IMG/VR virus record: IMGVR_UViG_3300044859_000256
Strand: one strand, 5' to 3'
Length of the DNA: 64,000 bases
DNA from: an uncultured virus (IMG/VR IMGVR_UViG_3300044859_000256)
Taxonomy: Duplodnaviria > Heunggongvirae > Uroviricota > Caudoviricetes
Both the position numbers and the translations under genes were made by a program. The notes below the pieces were generated by a model that saw nothing but the letters and a program-made list of their open reading frames with translations, had not been told where the DNA came from and did not search any database. Numbering within the stretch: the first letter of the stretch is position 1; each line of letters starts with the position of its first letter. Shown piece after piece: positions 1 to 9,434 of this stretch.

Positions 1-917
1 TAGCAGAGGCTGGGGTCTTCTGAGTGGCAACCGATACGGTGTCACCTGTAATCAGCAACGAGCCAAACAGTTTGGTGGATGTTGTTGCAGTTACGCCGAT
101 GACAGTTGTGTTAGTTCCAAGCCCAACAGCACCTTTGCCGATGACGATTGAGTTAGTGTCACCGACAGCGGCAACATCGGATTCAAATCCAATGACTACA
201 TTGTTGCTGCCTGTAGTAAGCAAGTCACAAGCGTAGCCACCCAATGCCGTATTACCCGCGCCTGTTGTTACTGCACCAAGCGAGTGTGCGCCCACAGCAG
301 TATTGTTGGTTGCTGTTGTGGCAGCATCCATAGCGTTACTACCGATTACAGTATTTCGGTGTCCTGAACAACTAGCACTTAGTGCCACATACCCGATTGC
401 CGTACTTCCGTATCCATTATTGCCATATCCTGCACTTGCTCCAATAGCAACTAAGAATTGACCGCTTACCTTATTTGCAGCACCTGCCGCAGAGCCGATA
501 GCCGTAAGACCAGCACCAAGATTGCTTGCACCGGCATTAAAACCAATCGCAATGCAGTTTGCGGCGTTGTTGGAAGTTCCTGCATTGCCACCTACAAAAA
601 CATTGTTTACGCCTGTGTTAGAAACTCCTGAACCGGGACCAATGGAAACTAGATTATTGGATTTATTTTGGTACGCCGCTTGATACCCAAACGCTAATAC
701 TGTGCTACCCGTGTTTACATCTGCCGCTTGAACACCAATAGCAGTAACAGATGTTCCCGTGTTGTTGTCAAGCGCAAGCCGACCGATTGCAATGTTGGTA
801 TCGAAGTCTCCCGCACCACGACCAATCTTGTGTCCGTTGATATAGGAGTCTTTAGCAACACCCACACCACCCGCAACAATGACTGCACCTGTGACAGACG
901 ATGTCGATGCGGTTGTG
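1..917. repeat. Copy 1 of ~0.9-kb direct repeat (copy 2 at 41117-42033)
   Basis: Constant offset 41116; first 127 nt identical, then scattered substitutions (about 40 in the first 840 nt by manual count). Confidence 0.95.
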
Positions 918-1156
918 CTTGTCCCCGTAAGGACTCCGCTGAAAGCCCCAGTAGTTGAAGAGATACCGGCGGAGAATGTGTTGAGTCCCGTAAAGGTGTT
1001 TGTGCTAAGAGTTGCACCAACAGCTGCTTCCCCAACTGAACTAACTTTTTCATTGGCCGCGATGACAACTGAAGTCTTCGCTAAAGAAGCCGACAAGCCC
1101 TGGAGTCTCCTATTCAACAACCTGGCTTGCTGCTGTAGCTGCCTATTTGATGCCAT
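1..1156 (-). CDS. YadA-like beta-roll repeat fibre/adhesin, copy 1 (runs off window; absent from ORF track)
   Basis: Manual translation from ATG 1156 (TAATG overlap): MASNRQLQQQARLLNRRL...NIAIGRLAL...VTAIGVQAA; near-identical to 41016-42356. Confidence 0.85.
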   Translation of the reverse strand, partial: MASNRQLQQQARLLNRRLQGLSASLAKTSVVIAANEKVSSVGEAAVGATLSTNTFTGLNTFSAGISSTTGAFSGVLTGTSTTASTSSVTGAVIVAGGVGVAKDSYINGHKIGRGAGDFDTNIAIGRLALDNNTGTSVTAIGVQAADVNTGSTVLAFGYQAAYQNKSNNLVSIGPGSGVSNTGVNNVFVGGNAGTSNNAANCIAIGFNAGASNLGAGLTAIGSAAGAANKVSGQFLVAIGASAGYGNNGYGSTAIGYVALSASCSGHRNTVIGSNAMDAATTATNNTAVGAHSLGAVTTGAGNTALGGYACDLLTTGSNNVVIGFESDVAAVGDTNSIVIGKGAVGLGTNTTVIGVTATTSTKLFGSLLITGDTVSVATQKTPASA

Positions 1157-1458
1157 TAGGCGAACACCCGGTATGGAATGGAGGGTTCAGGGGTAAAGGT
1201 AGGGAGCCCCTCGATCACCTCAGGGGTCAACTCAATCATGGCGCGGATGTTGGTGTGCCAACGGGTGTCACCGGGACTGAGGATGTTGCCATCGATGTCG
1301 GTCTTAGGTGGGATGGGGCCTATGTGGTCAATGGAGATCCCGGCAGTAGGAACCACCGTGACCTCACCTTCGTAATCTGTGGTCTCCTGGGCAAGGCCAG
1401 CAGCGATGAGGATGTCTTCCATAGCGGACTCTGTGGGGGTGCGGAGCATATAGTCCAT
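1156..1458 (-). CDS. Hypothetical protein, probable fibre/spike accessory
   Basis: 100 aa ORF tightly packed between two fibre-like genes. Confidence 0.7.
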   Translation of the reverse strand: MDYMLRTPTESAMEDILIAAGLAQETTDYEGEVTVVPTAGISIDHIGPIPPKTDIDGNILSPGDTRWHTNIRAMIELTPEVIEGLPTFTPEPSIPYRVFA

Positions 1459-1460
1459 GT

Positions 1461-3428
1461 TTAGGGAGCCGTTAAGGCGTTAAGTTGCGCTGCCGTCAAC
1501 GCTGTTGGGAAGAACTTTATTTTTCTAATAGTTGCATCAGCATAACTTTGACTAGGGACTGATCCACCAGAAACCCCTGTGCCGCCAATGCAGAATAGAT
1601 TGTTTGTCAAAGGCAGTGCGATAGTTGAAGCAGTGTTCAATGCTGAGTTAGTTCCGTTGATGGAAACCATGTTGTCTGCATCTGGCGCAGGAGTACCAGC
1701 AGACAAAGCCACGGCTGCTTTAATGAGAAACGGCGCAGACAGTGCGCTGTAGTTAGTTATGTTGTCCGAACCCCAGTTGAAAGAAAGCCAGTTAGTTCCG
1801 ATGGCTTGGTACAGCATAAAATCTTTGGTGGCTGTTCCTTCTGTACCAAATAACGCACCCGCAAAGTTAACTGCTGCGTTACCTGAGAACCGCTTAGTGG
1901 CTTCAACAAAGAAGGTTCCCTGCGTTGCATTCTTCAACCATGACAACGAACCAGTTAGCGTGGTGTCGTACATACTGCAATTGTCCGCATTCCGCGTGAC
2001 CTGACTCGCACCCGTAGGGATGTAGGAGGATGCGCCGGAGCCAGCCTCTAGTTGTGCGCCCCAAATGTAAATGCTCTTGCTTGCATCACCTGCAAACAAT
2101 GCTTGAGCGTACACATTGAAGGTAATAGCCCCATCATTCACAACCATGAAGTGGGGATACAAAGTGGTATCAGCAGTAGTCATTGTCACAGAACACCGAT
2201 ACCAACCATTTGTCCCTATTGCGGTAATTGCATAACTAGTTCCAGTAGGTGCTGGCGAGGCTGTGCTAGAAGCCTCCTGAAATGAGCCGCTACCTGTCAG
2301 ATTAAATACTGCCGTGTACCTTCCACCAGCAGCAATACAAACGCCTATGCGGTTGTACCCATTTGCCTTAGCGTAGATGCTAAGGGTGTACGAAGTCGCG
2401 TTTGCTACACCAACGGTGGAGTAGATCAGATGCGGTGATGTTCCTGCATCAGATGTCAACTTTATAGCGTTTGCAGTGTTTGATGGATCATTCGATGATC
2501 CTGTTCCTAACGTACTACCTTGAATCGTGTATGTCGATGACGAAAACGTAGATGAGTTAAGCGCAAGATTGATCGACTGCCCCTCAATCAGTAGTCCCCT
2601 AGGCTCCCCAATGTTCGTAGGGCTGTAGTCGAACCGAGGGGCGTGATAGGCGGTTGTAGTTGTTGGGTAGTAAGTTTGAGCAGTGGAGCCGGGGTTTATC
2701 TGCAAGCCCCAAATGGCAACGCCTTGGGCTACAACACCAGTAAAATTTAAGCCTGTGGGGTCTGTTGATGTTGAAGAAGTCATGAACACATATACACTTG
2801 CAATTGCGGTATAAGTTCCCGTAAGTGTGATTCGATACCAACCATCATCAGTTACCTTAGTAATTGTCGCTGCTCGGTTTGGCGCAGTTCCACCAACTGC
2901 CCCTATCACACTCCCAGCACCAACTAAACTAAAGATTACAGTAGCAGCCACATATCCAGTTGCGTTAATACCAACTCGGTAATCTGATCCAATTTGCTTT
3001 ACATAAACACTAATTGTTGTTGCGCCAACCATTGCAATTGGTGCGCCAAATTGCAGCCGATGATAATCCAAAACAGTTGTTGGATAGAACACAACAGCAG
3101 TGTTGCCTGTTGGTGATGTAGTGGTTGACCGCGATAGGATTGCATTATCGGTGTAGCCTAAGCCTGTAGTTAGTAATTCAGAATACGGAGCGGTGTTAGC
3201 CACTGCGTACTCCACATACCCACTTGAGTTCACAAAGGTCGCAGTACTTGCTCTGCTGAATGTCAGCCTTGAGTCCAACACACCCGTAGTGAAATCAAGG
3301 GACAGCGTGGAGCCATCCCCTGACCCTGGGAACAAGCTTGGGCGACCACCCTTTCGCATACCCATCCCGCTGAACGGGTTGAAGTTAGTGGGTGAACTCG
3401 GGGATGAGTAGGTATTGCTATATGTCAT
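1461..3428 (-). CDS. Spike/fibre protein with duplicated carbohydrate-binding-like module and LamG-like C-terminus
   Basis: LTFSRASTAT...PRFDY...GLLIEG motif; internal repeat GWYRITLT..IWGLQIN / GWYRCSVT..IWGAQLE; start at 3428 inferred from ATGA overlap with terminase stop. Confidence 0.7.
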   Translation of the reverse strand: MTYSNTYSSPSSPTNFNPFSGMGMRKGGRPSLFPGSGDGSTLSLDFTTGVLDSRLTFSRASTATFVNSSGYVEYAVANTAPYSELLTTGLGYTDNAILSRSTTTSPTGNTAVVFYPTTVLDYHRLQFGAPIAMVGATTISVYVKQIGSDYRVGINATGYVAATVIFSLVGAGSVIGAVGGTAPNRAATITKVTDDGWYRITLTGTYTAIASVYVFMTSSTSTDPTGLNFTGVVAQGVAIWGLQINPGSTAQTYYPTTTTAYHAPRFDYSPTNIGEPRGLLIEGQSINLALNSSTFSSSTYTIQGSTLGTGSSNDPSNTANAIKLTSDAGTSPHLIYSTVGVANATSYTLSIYAKANGYNRIGVCIAAGGRYTAVFNLTGSGSFQEASSTASPAPTGTSYAITAIGTNGWYRCSVTMTTADTTLYPHFMVVNDGAITFNVYAQALFAGDASKSIYIWGAQLEAGSGASSYIPTGASQVTRNADNCSMYDTTLTGSLSWLKNATQGTFFVEATKRFSGNAAVNFAGALFGTEGTATKDFMLYQAIGTNWLSFNWGSDNITNYSALSAPFLIKAAVALSAGTPAPDADNMVSINGTNSALNTASTIALPLTNNLFCIGGTGVSGGSVPSQSYADATIRKIKFFPTALTAAQLNALTAP

Positions 3429-5107
3429 TGATTCTTTCCAAGCCAATTGAGGCCTGAGGTTCCTTGGGTTCCGAAGGTTTTCGTATATGCCCGCTCGACC
3501 CGTTCGAGTTCGACATCAATATCTCTTTGTTTCCTAGCGATGATCATCTTGTCCACATCAACTGCTACTGCTTTCGCCCAATAGCCCACGGCCATGGAGA
3601 GCGCATCGAGTCTGTCATCATGCCTCAGGCTCCCACGATCCCTTGTGATCCTGGTGAGTTGATAGAAGAGCTGATAGGACAACTGCTTCTCCGGCGGTAG
3701 CCCCTTGGTGGACTCATAGTCAGCCTTGATGACTGCCGGTTGCACTACGAGTCGATGCTGGTTGAGGATGGGTTCAAGGGTATCGATGATCCGCCGTTCC
3801 TTCTGAATGGAATGGCGTACCTCTTCGATAGAGCATGGCCATGAGTCCCGTAGGTACGGGGTCAGGAGCTGCGTGAACATTCCATCCCCGAAGTTTGATT
3901 CGACGATGCACTTGTTGACCTTCTGATCCCTGGCAACCTTGGCGAGTGCTCTGAGGTTCTCAGGTGTATAGCCACCACGGAGACCACCGGCGGCGGTGAG
4001 GTGCATCCATCCATTGCTCATCTTCACGACGGCATACGCAGTTTCATCCTCACCACGCCCTGAGGGGTCAATGGCAAGCACGGATCCTGCGAAGGGTATG
4101 AACTTGTCTGAGATGGATATGGGGTTGTGGTAGCGGTCACCACGGAAGCCAACGGCAGGTAGGTCTTCCTCGATCTTCTCCTTGGATCCTGACCACACCA
4201 GACGCTCCGGTGCTTGCTCCCAATCGCCACCATAGGCAATGAGGTCATGGAGCTTGAGGGGATATCTGTCCTGATCAGCCAGACTCGTATTGAGCATGAA
4301 CTGAAGTTGGAACCCGCTTCGCCCATAGGACAACGCTCGTTCCTGTAGATCCTCTTTGGAGAACCGCTTGGGGTCTGTAGGAGTCCCAACGATCTCTTCA
4401 GTCCACTCCTCTTGGATCGTTGGTGCCAAGCGACCACCATAGGCGGTCATCTCGATCTCTGAGGGGTACAGGGCTGGCCATATGCGGCACTCATAGCCCC
4501 TCTCTTGGAGGATGTTGTAGATGGACTCTTCGCTCTGAGGAGTCCCTAGGAAGATGACGCGCCCCCCAGGCTTGATGATTGCATCAACTTCCTTGATGCG
4601 CTCCTGTAGTTGCTCCCTCATGGTGGAGGTGAGGCTGTTGTTGGCTACCTCCACATCGTCAAGGATCACTACATCAGCACGGGAGCCTGTTAACTGCCCG
4701 GTGATACCGAGGCTCTTGACACTTGGAGCATGGCTCGGTGGCGCAGGACCCACATCAAAGGCTATCGCTGAGTTCCTTTGGGTATCCCTGGGCATCAAGT
4801 GCTGGTACATGGGCACTACCTGCATCAACTTCCGGCAGAATGAGGCGAACTCATCAGCCCGGTTCTTGGATGCAGAGACAACGAGGAACTGCTTCGTAGG
4901 ATCCAACATCAATTCATGCATAACGAATGCTGAAGTGATCCAAGACTTCCCTACCCCACGGAAAGCAAGCGTTACAGATCGCCTTGGACCCCCTTGGAGC
5001 CATGAAGCCATCTCATATTGCACCTTGGTGGGCGCAGGGAGCCCAAGTTCAGCCCAGACAAGGTGGAGTCCATTACGGAAGTCCTTGAGCCGGGGATCTA
5101 TCTCCAT
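3425..5107 (-). CDS. terL: Terminase large subunit (T7 gp19-like)
   Basis: AFRGVGKSW Walker A, TGSRADVVILDDVE, LGTPQ, IDPSGRGEDET, HDDRLDAL. Confidence 0.97.
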   Translation of the reverse strand: MEIDPRLKDFRNGLHLVWAELGLPAPTKVQYEMASWLQGGPRRSVTLAFRGVGKSWITSAFVMHELMLDPTKQFLVVSASKNRADEFASFCRKLMQVVPMYQHLMPRDTQRNSAIAFDVGPAPPSHAPSVKSLGITGQLTGSRADVVILDDVEVANNSLTSTMREQLQERIKEVDAIIKPGGRVIFLGTPQSEESIYNILQERGYECRIWPALYPSEIEMTAYGGRLAPTIQEEWTEEIVGTPTDPKRFSKEDLQERALSYGRSGFQLQFMLNTSLADQDRYPLKLHDLIAYGGDWEQAPERLVWSGSKEKIEEDLPAVGFRGDRYHNPISISDKFIPFAGSVLAIDPSGRGEDETAYAVVKMSNGWMHLTAAGGLRGGYTPENLRALAKVARDQKVNKCIVESNFGDGMFTQLLTPYLRDSWPCSIEEVRHSIQKERRIIDTLEPILNQHRLVVQPAVIKADYESTKGLPPEKQLSYQLFYQLTRITRDRGSLRHDDRLDALSMAVGYWAKAVAVDVDKMIIARKQRDIDVELERVERAYTKTFGTQGTSGLNWLGKNQ

Positions 5108-5109
5108 AC

Positions 5110-5337
5110 TTAGGTGCCGGTACGCAGATCTTCCTGATTATCAAAGGGCAGAGTCTGTGCAAGACGGAGAATTGGGGTACCCGCGAGAGCCACTTGATCC
5201 ACCTGGTTGTCCTTGAGCATCTGACGGGCAACATTGAGGTCAGCGGGTGTCGCTTCCCCTGAGGCAACCCGGCGCAGCAGCTCATTGCAGAGACTCGCAT
5301 GGAGGCTCTTGAGGGTTTCCTTGGTGGGATCAGCCAT
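5110..5337 (-). CDS. Terminase small subunit (T7 gp18-like)
   Basis: LH..LCNELLRRVASGEATPADLNVARQMLKDN; directly upstream of terL; start trimmed to internal Met. Confidence 0.85.
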   Translation of the reverse strand: MADPTKETLKSLHASLCNELLRRVASGEATPADLNVARQMLKDNQVDQVALAGTPILRLAQTLPFDNQEDLRTGT

Positions 5338-5722
5338 TGAGGAGTACTGCTCGTAGGAAAGTGGTTGAACCACCGACAGTGCAGAGGGCACCTGAAGTAA
5401 CGATACGCATACGAGGCATCGTCTGAATGACCTGTGTGTAGTTCCTTGCTCCATTGACGGTGCCTACATCAAAGTGACCAACAGGCATCTTCAATGAGCC
5501 CACAGGGACGCTGAGAAGAGTGAACCACTCCACATCATCAACGGTTCCTTGAACCTCAATCGTCGCTGTACCAACCGTTGTCGCTGTGGTGGAGGAACTA
5601 ACGAGACTAAGTAGAAGCAATCCAACCGTTGATGAAATTGGGTTGTATGGATGCGTCGGACCGGTGATGCTGCCGTTAGTAGCAAAGTTACTTGTCTTAG
5701 GCAGGAGATACTTGACTTGCAT
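5330..5722 (-). CDS. Hypothetical beta-rich protein
   Basis: 130 aa ORF within the late operon. Confidence 0.65.
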   Translation of the reverse strand: MQVKYLLPKTSNFATNGSITGPTHPYNPISSTVGLLLLSLVSSSTTATTVGTATIEVQGTVDDVEWFTLLSVPVGSLKMPVGHFDVGTVNGARNYTQVIQTMPRMRIVTSGALCTVGGSTTFLRAVLLNG

Positions 5723-5724
5723 AT

Positions 5725-5946
5725 TTATTTACTCGCTAGGGTGTACTGAAAGAGGGCTGAAACGATTGCAGCAACGACTCCTGCTGCACCAATGATGTAA
5801 GAGCGTGATTGCTCTAGATGACGAACGCGATTATCTAACTCCTTTAGTTCCACTTGGGCAGCCTGACGCTGCTGTAGAAGCAGGTCGAGCTTTCCCTCAA
5901 GGCGGCCAATAGCAAGCATGACTTCATGGTCGAGTTGGGTATTCAT
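5725..5946 (-). CDS. Small coiled-coil protein with C-terminal membrane helix (holin/XhlA-like)
   Basis: IGRLEGKLD..RVRHLEQSR then hydrophobic YIIGAAGVVAAIVSALF; position after tail fibre. Confidence 0.6.
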   Translation of the reverse strand: MNTQLDHEVMLAIGRLEGKLDLLLQQRQAAQVELKELDNRVRHLEQSRSYIIGAAGVVAAIVSALFQYTLASK

Positions 5947-5954
5947 GGGATGCC

Positions 5955-8900
5955 TTAGGAGACTCGGACGAGCATCCACCGATTACTCGCTTCCAAAAGA
6001 CTTCTTTGCGGCCCAAGTGTGTCGGTCAATGTATATTGGGTAGTGCCGACCCCATCCATTTTTCTTGCTAACCAAGTGCCCATTCCTGCTGCAACACGAA
6101 TCTGAGGATTGCTTCCTCCGCCACTTGCATACTCAACGATGAGGCTAGGTGAAGGGAAACACCAAAGACCGCCTAGACTGCCATTGATAAAGGTTGACCA
6201 CCCTAACATTTGAACAGATCCGATTCCGGTCAACGATGGCGTATAGGGATTTGCCGCTGATTGTTCCCAAGTTGCATTACCGCTTCCATCACAGGTCAAC
6301 ACCTGTCCTGCCGCTGGGCTCCCCGAAGTAATCTTCAGTGGTCCATTGATAGTGATCTGATTGGGACTCGAAGTGGCACCCAAGGTCACCGGGGCAACCG
6401 TGGACATCGTTGCGTTTACCGTAAGAGCATCACCCGCTGCATCACCAACCGTTACATTCCCTTGGAATGTGTTGGCACCCGTAAAGGTGTTGGCTCCCGC
6501 AGCGGATACCGTGGGGATCGAAGTGTTCGCTAGTTGACCCGATACGAAACCAAGCCCGGCACCTAAGGAGATCTCAGTGACATTCGCAGCGGTAGCACCA
6601 ACTGCTGGGTTCCCTAGTAGCCGGAGTCCCGTGGATACCTGCTGCATCTTTCCATAGGTGACCTTGTTGGCACCAATGGTTGGGGCCGGGTAGGAGCTGC
6701 TGAGATCACCAGTAGCGGGACCCAATGGAGCCGCACCGAGCACCTTGAGGGGTGAAGCGGCAGTACCAAGTCCAGATAGGCAGGACACAGGCAGATTGTT
6801 GATATCTGTTGTGGTGATAGTGACTGAACTCAGTTTCGTGGCAGCTACACCAGCAGCAGCGTCAGCCGCGTTCTGTGCATTGGTAGCCAAAGTGGAAGCA
6901 GCGGTGACTTGGCCTGTAAGGGTTGTAAGGGCACCTGTAGTGGCTGCACCAATGTTGGTAGCAGTTATGAGTACAGCACCTGTTTGAGCAACGGGTGCCG
7001 CTGCACCAATCTGGGTACTCACAGATGTAATAAGCGATGGTGCCCAACCTGCTTTACCAGTTGCATCAGAAGTAAGAACCTTACCGGCGGCGGGGCTCGT
7101 AGGGATCCGTAGTGTCCCCTTGACTAGGAGGTCATCGGTAAGAACGAGACCGAGCGTCATCCCTGCTTGAAAGTCCTGTGCAACTGAGAATGTCTTGGTA
7201 CCCGTAATGGTCTGTGCCCCAGTCTTAGTGACAGCACCAAGGCCGTTTGCTGCTCCGTTGCCATCAGCGACAATATTGACTGCGCCTGTGAGGGCTGTTC
7301 CGCCGTTAACTGCAACAGAACTTACAGGAGCACTCGTTGGTGGTCCCCATGCCACAGTACCAACAGCACCATCTACTGCGGTGCAAGACATGACACTACC
7401 AACGCTAGGGGCTCCTGACCCACTGAACTTTAGGGTTCCTGTGATGGAGATTCCCGTACCAGCATTTTGTCCGATGGTCAGACCACCTGGACTGGAGAAA
7501 CCTAGACCTGTTGTCAAGAGTCCTGAGAAGTATGCGTCACCATCAGCCTCGATGAATGAAGTGACACCACCTCCAGGTGCAACACCTTCCCAAACATGAT
7601 CGTTGTTGTTGACCCGTTGTACCTTGACTAGACCCGCTGGCTCAATAGATACGCCGTTAGACCCGTTGGTTCCTACAGCAGTTCCCGATGATGTGACCGT
7701 AGGAGCTACTGTGAACTTCTTCGCAGCAGCTATTGTCTGCGTGGTATTGGTATCTACAGCATTTGTAACTTGGGCTGCTGTGTAATCATTCGTAGCAGGG
7801 GTGACATCACCAGCACGGCCATTGAAGAGGTTGACTCCAACAGCACCATTCAAGGTGGCTGACACTACACCAGTTGATGCGTTGATAGACAGACCACTGC
7901 CTATCTTGATAGCGCCGAGTACAGAGGCAGTCGCAATAGGCAGCGTTGCGTTCTGGTTGACGCTTACAACACCCGCAGTAACCGATAGACCGCTACCGAC
8001 CTGCATGATGCCCTGCTGATTCACCGTAGCAACAGGGATAGTGTTGGCTGTGTATGCACCGAGACCCGCAGCAGTAATTGTCACGGCACCCGTAGCACCG
8101 TTTACATTAGACACACCCGCTGCCGTTGCGTTCTGCCATATGGCTTGGGTTCCATCACCGGAGGCCATCAGCACCATACCGTTGGTTCCACCGGGGATCT
8201 TCAGAGTACCCCCAACATAGATGTTGTCGTTGGAGTCTGTACCTAGAGTGACGTTATTGCTGAATATCTTCGCACCAGTAATAGTCTGATCTTCGCTGAT
8301 ACTCACAGCACCTAACTGACCCGCTGATATGGTGACCGCCCCATTGGTTCCGCTCAATCCATTGACCGATGTAATCCCGGAAGACGCTGCGGGCTGCCAA
8401 GCAGAAGTCCCATCAACACCTGTGCAAGTGAGCACCTTGCCAATAGGTTCATCACCATCTTGAAGGTTGAGCTTCAATGTGCCTGTGACATTTAAGACGG
8501 ATGCAGACACATCACTACCAAGCCCTACGCTCCCTGTGAATGCCACGGGTCCCGCTACAGTCTGTGTTGCTCCCGTAGCACCCACGGCGATAGCACCAAT
8601 GGATGCCGGTGTAATGACTACTGTTCCCGTAGATGACGCAGCAGCCTCTGATCCAAGCTTGATGCCATTGACAATGGATGACCACGCCACCGATCCATCA
8701 TTCGTTGATGAAACAAGTGCTTTACCACTGACAGCAGATCCGGTGACCTTCAGCGGAGCGTTGATCTCCACAGCACCCGTAAATGTCTTCTGCCCATCAA
8801 TGGTCTGAATGCTATCGGTGAGGACTACTGTTGCAGGGAGAGAACCAGCGTTAATGGTTGTTTCTTCCCAGTGGACATCACCGGATGTACCGTTTGCACC

Positions 8901-9434
8901 AAGGACATACTGCTTACCTCCTGGAGTCTTGTCAGCAATGATGTCGAGACCCTGCGTGAACTTGAAGAATCCTTCAGGAGCAATAGTCGTAGTTCCCGTG
9001 AATGTCTTGGATCCCGTAATGGTCTCAGCGAAGTTAATGCTGACCCCTGCTCCACCCTGGTCGAGGAACTGATCCGAGGATTCCTGAGAGACATACAGGG
9101 AGTTCAGCTGCGACATATCCAGGTCTGATGCAGTCAGCACATCACCATCGGTAAAGTTGATCACACGGTCAGCCTCACGCGCCGGTGTGAATCGACGGAG
9201 CATTACATTGCCTGGTGTGGAACCATCTGGGGCAACATCGATGTGGACATAGGTTGCACCGTTGATGGTCACGAAAGACCAGCCACTCGATATCTCTGTC
9301 TGATTCACATACACCCGTACATGACTAGGGTCGAGCGGTGCTCCCCCATAGAAGGTCACCAAGAAATCATTGGTGCCACCGTTGCCTGAGTAGAAAGTAC
9401 GGGCGTAGTAGGTCAGTTCATAGAATGCTGGCAT
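5955..9434 (-). CDS. Tail fibre (T7 gp17-like N-terminal anchor with repetitive shaft)
   Basis: N-terminal RRFTP..RVINFTDGDVLTASDLDMSQLNSLYVSQE; repeated TIxGxKTF / GKVLT..G..W / VSSVNGxTGAV modules. Confidence 0.9.
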   Translation of the reverse strand: MPAFYELTYYARTFYSGNGGTNDFLVTFYGGAPLDPSHVRVYVNQTEISSGWSFVTINGATYVHIDVAPDGSTPGNVMLRRFTPAREADRVINFTDGDVLTASDLDMSQLNSLYVSQESSDQFLDQGGAGVSINFAETITGSKTFTGTTTIAPEGFFKFTQGLDIIADKTPGGKQYVLGANGTSGDVHWEETTINAGSLPATVVLTDSIQTIDGQKTFTGAVEINAPLKVTGSAVSGKALVSSTNDGSVAWSSIVNGIKLGSEAAASSTGTVVITPASIGAIAVGATGATQTVAGPVAFTGSVGLGSDVSASVLNVTGTLKLNLQDGDEPIGKVLTCTGVDGTSAWQPAASSGITSVNGLSGTNGAVTISAGQLGAVSISEDQTITGAKIFSNNVTLGTDSNDNIYVGGTLKIPGGTNGMVLMASGDGTQAIWQNATAAGVSNVNGATGAVTITAAGLGAYTANTIPVATVNQQGIMQVGSGLSVTAGVVSVNQNATLPIATASVLGAIKIGSGLSINASTGVVSATLNGAVGVNLFNGRAGDVTPATNDYTAAQVTNAVDTNTTQTIAAAKKFTVAPTVTSSGTAVGTNGSNGVSIEPAGLVKVQRVNNNDHVWEGVAPGGGVTSFIEADGDAYFSGLLTTGLGFSSPGGLTIGQNAGTGISITGTLKFSGSGAPSVGSVMSCTAVDGAVGTVAWGPPTSAPVSSVAVNGGTALTGAVNIVADGNGAANGLGAVTKTGAQTITGTKTFSVAQDFQAGMTLGLVLTDDLLVKGTLRIPTSPAAGKVLTSDATGKAGWAPSLITSVSTQIGAAAPVAQTGAVLITATNIGAATTGALTTLTGQVTAASTLATNAQNAADAAAGVAATKLSSVTITTTDINNLPVSCLSGLGTAASPLKVLGAAPLGPATGDLSSSYPAPTIGANKVTYGKMQQVSTGLRLLGNPAVGATAANVTEISLGAGLGFVSGQLANTSIPTVSAAGANTFTGANTFQGNVTVGDAAGDALTVNATMSTVAPVTLGATSSPNQITINGPLKITSGSPAAGQVLTCDGSGNATWEQSAANPYTPSLTGIGSVQMLGWSTFINGSLGGLWCFPSPSLIVEYASGGGSNPQIRVAAGMGTWLARKMDGVGTTQYTLTDTLGPQRSLLEASNRWMLVRVS

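Noticed and set aside
1..917. Diversity-generating retroelement TR/VR pair
   Set aside because: Differences are not adenine-specific, many are synonymous, both copies are coding and no reverse transcriptase is present
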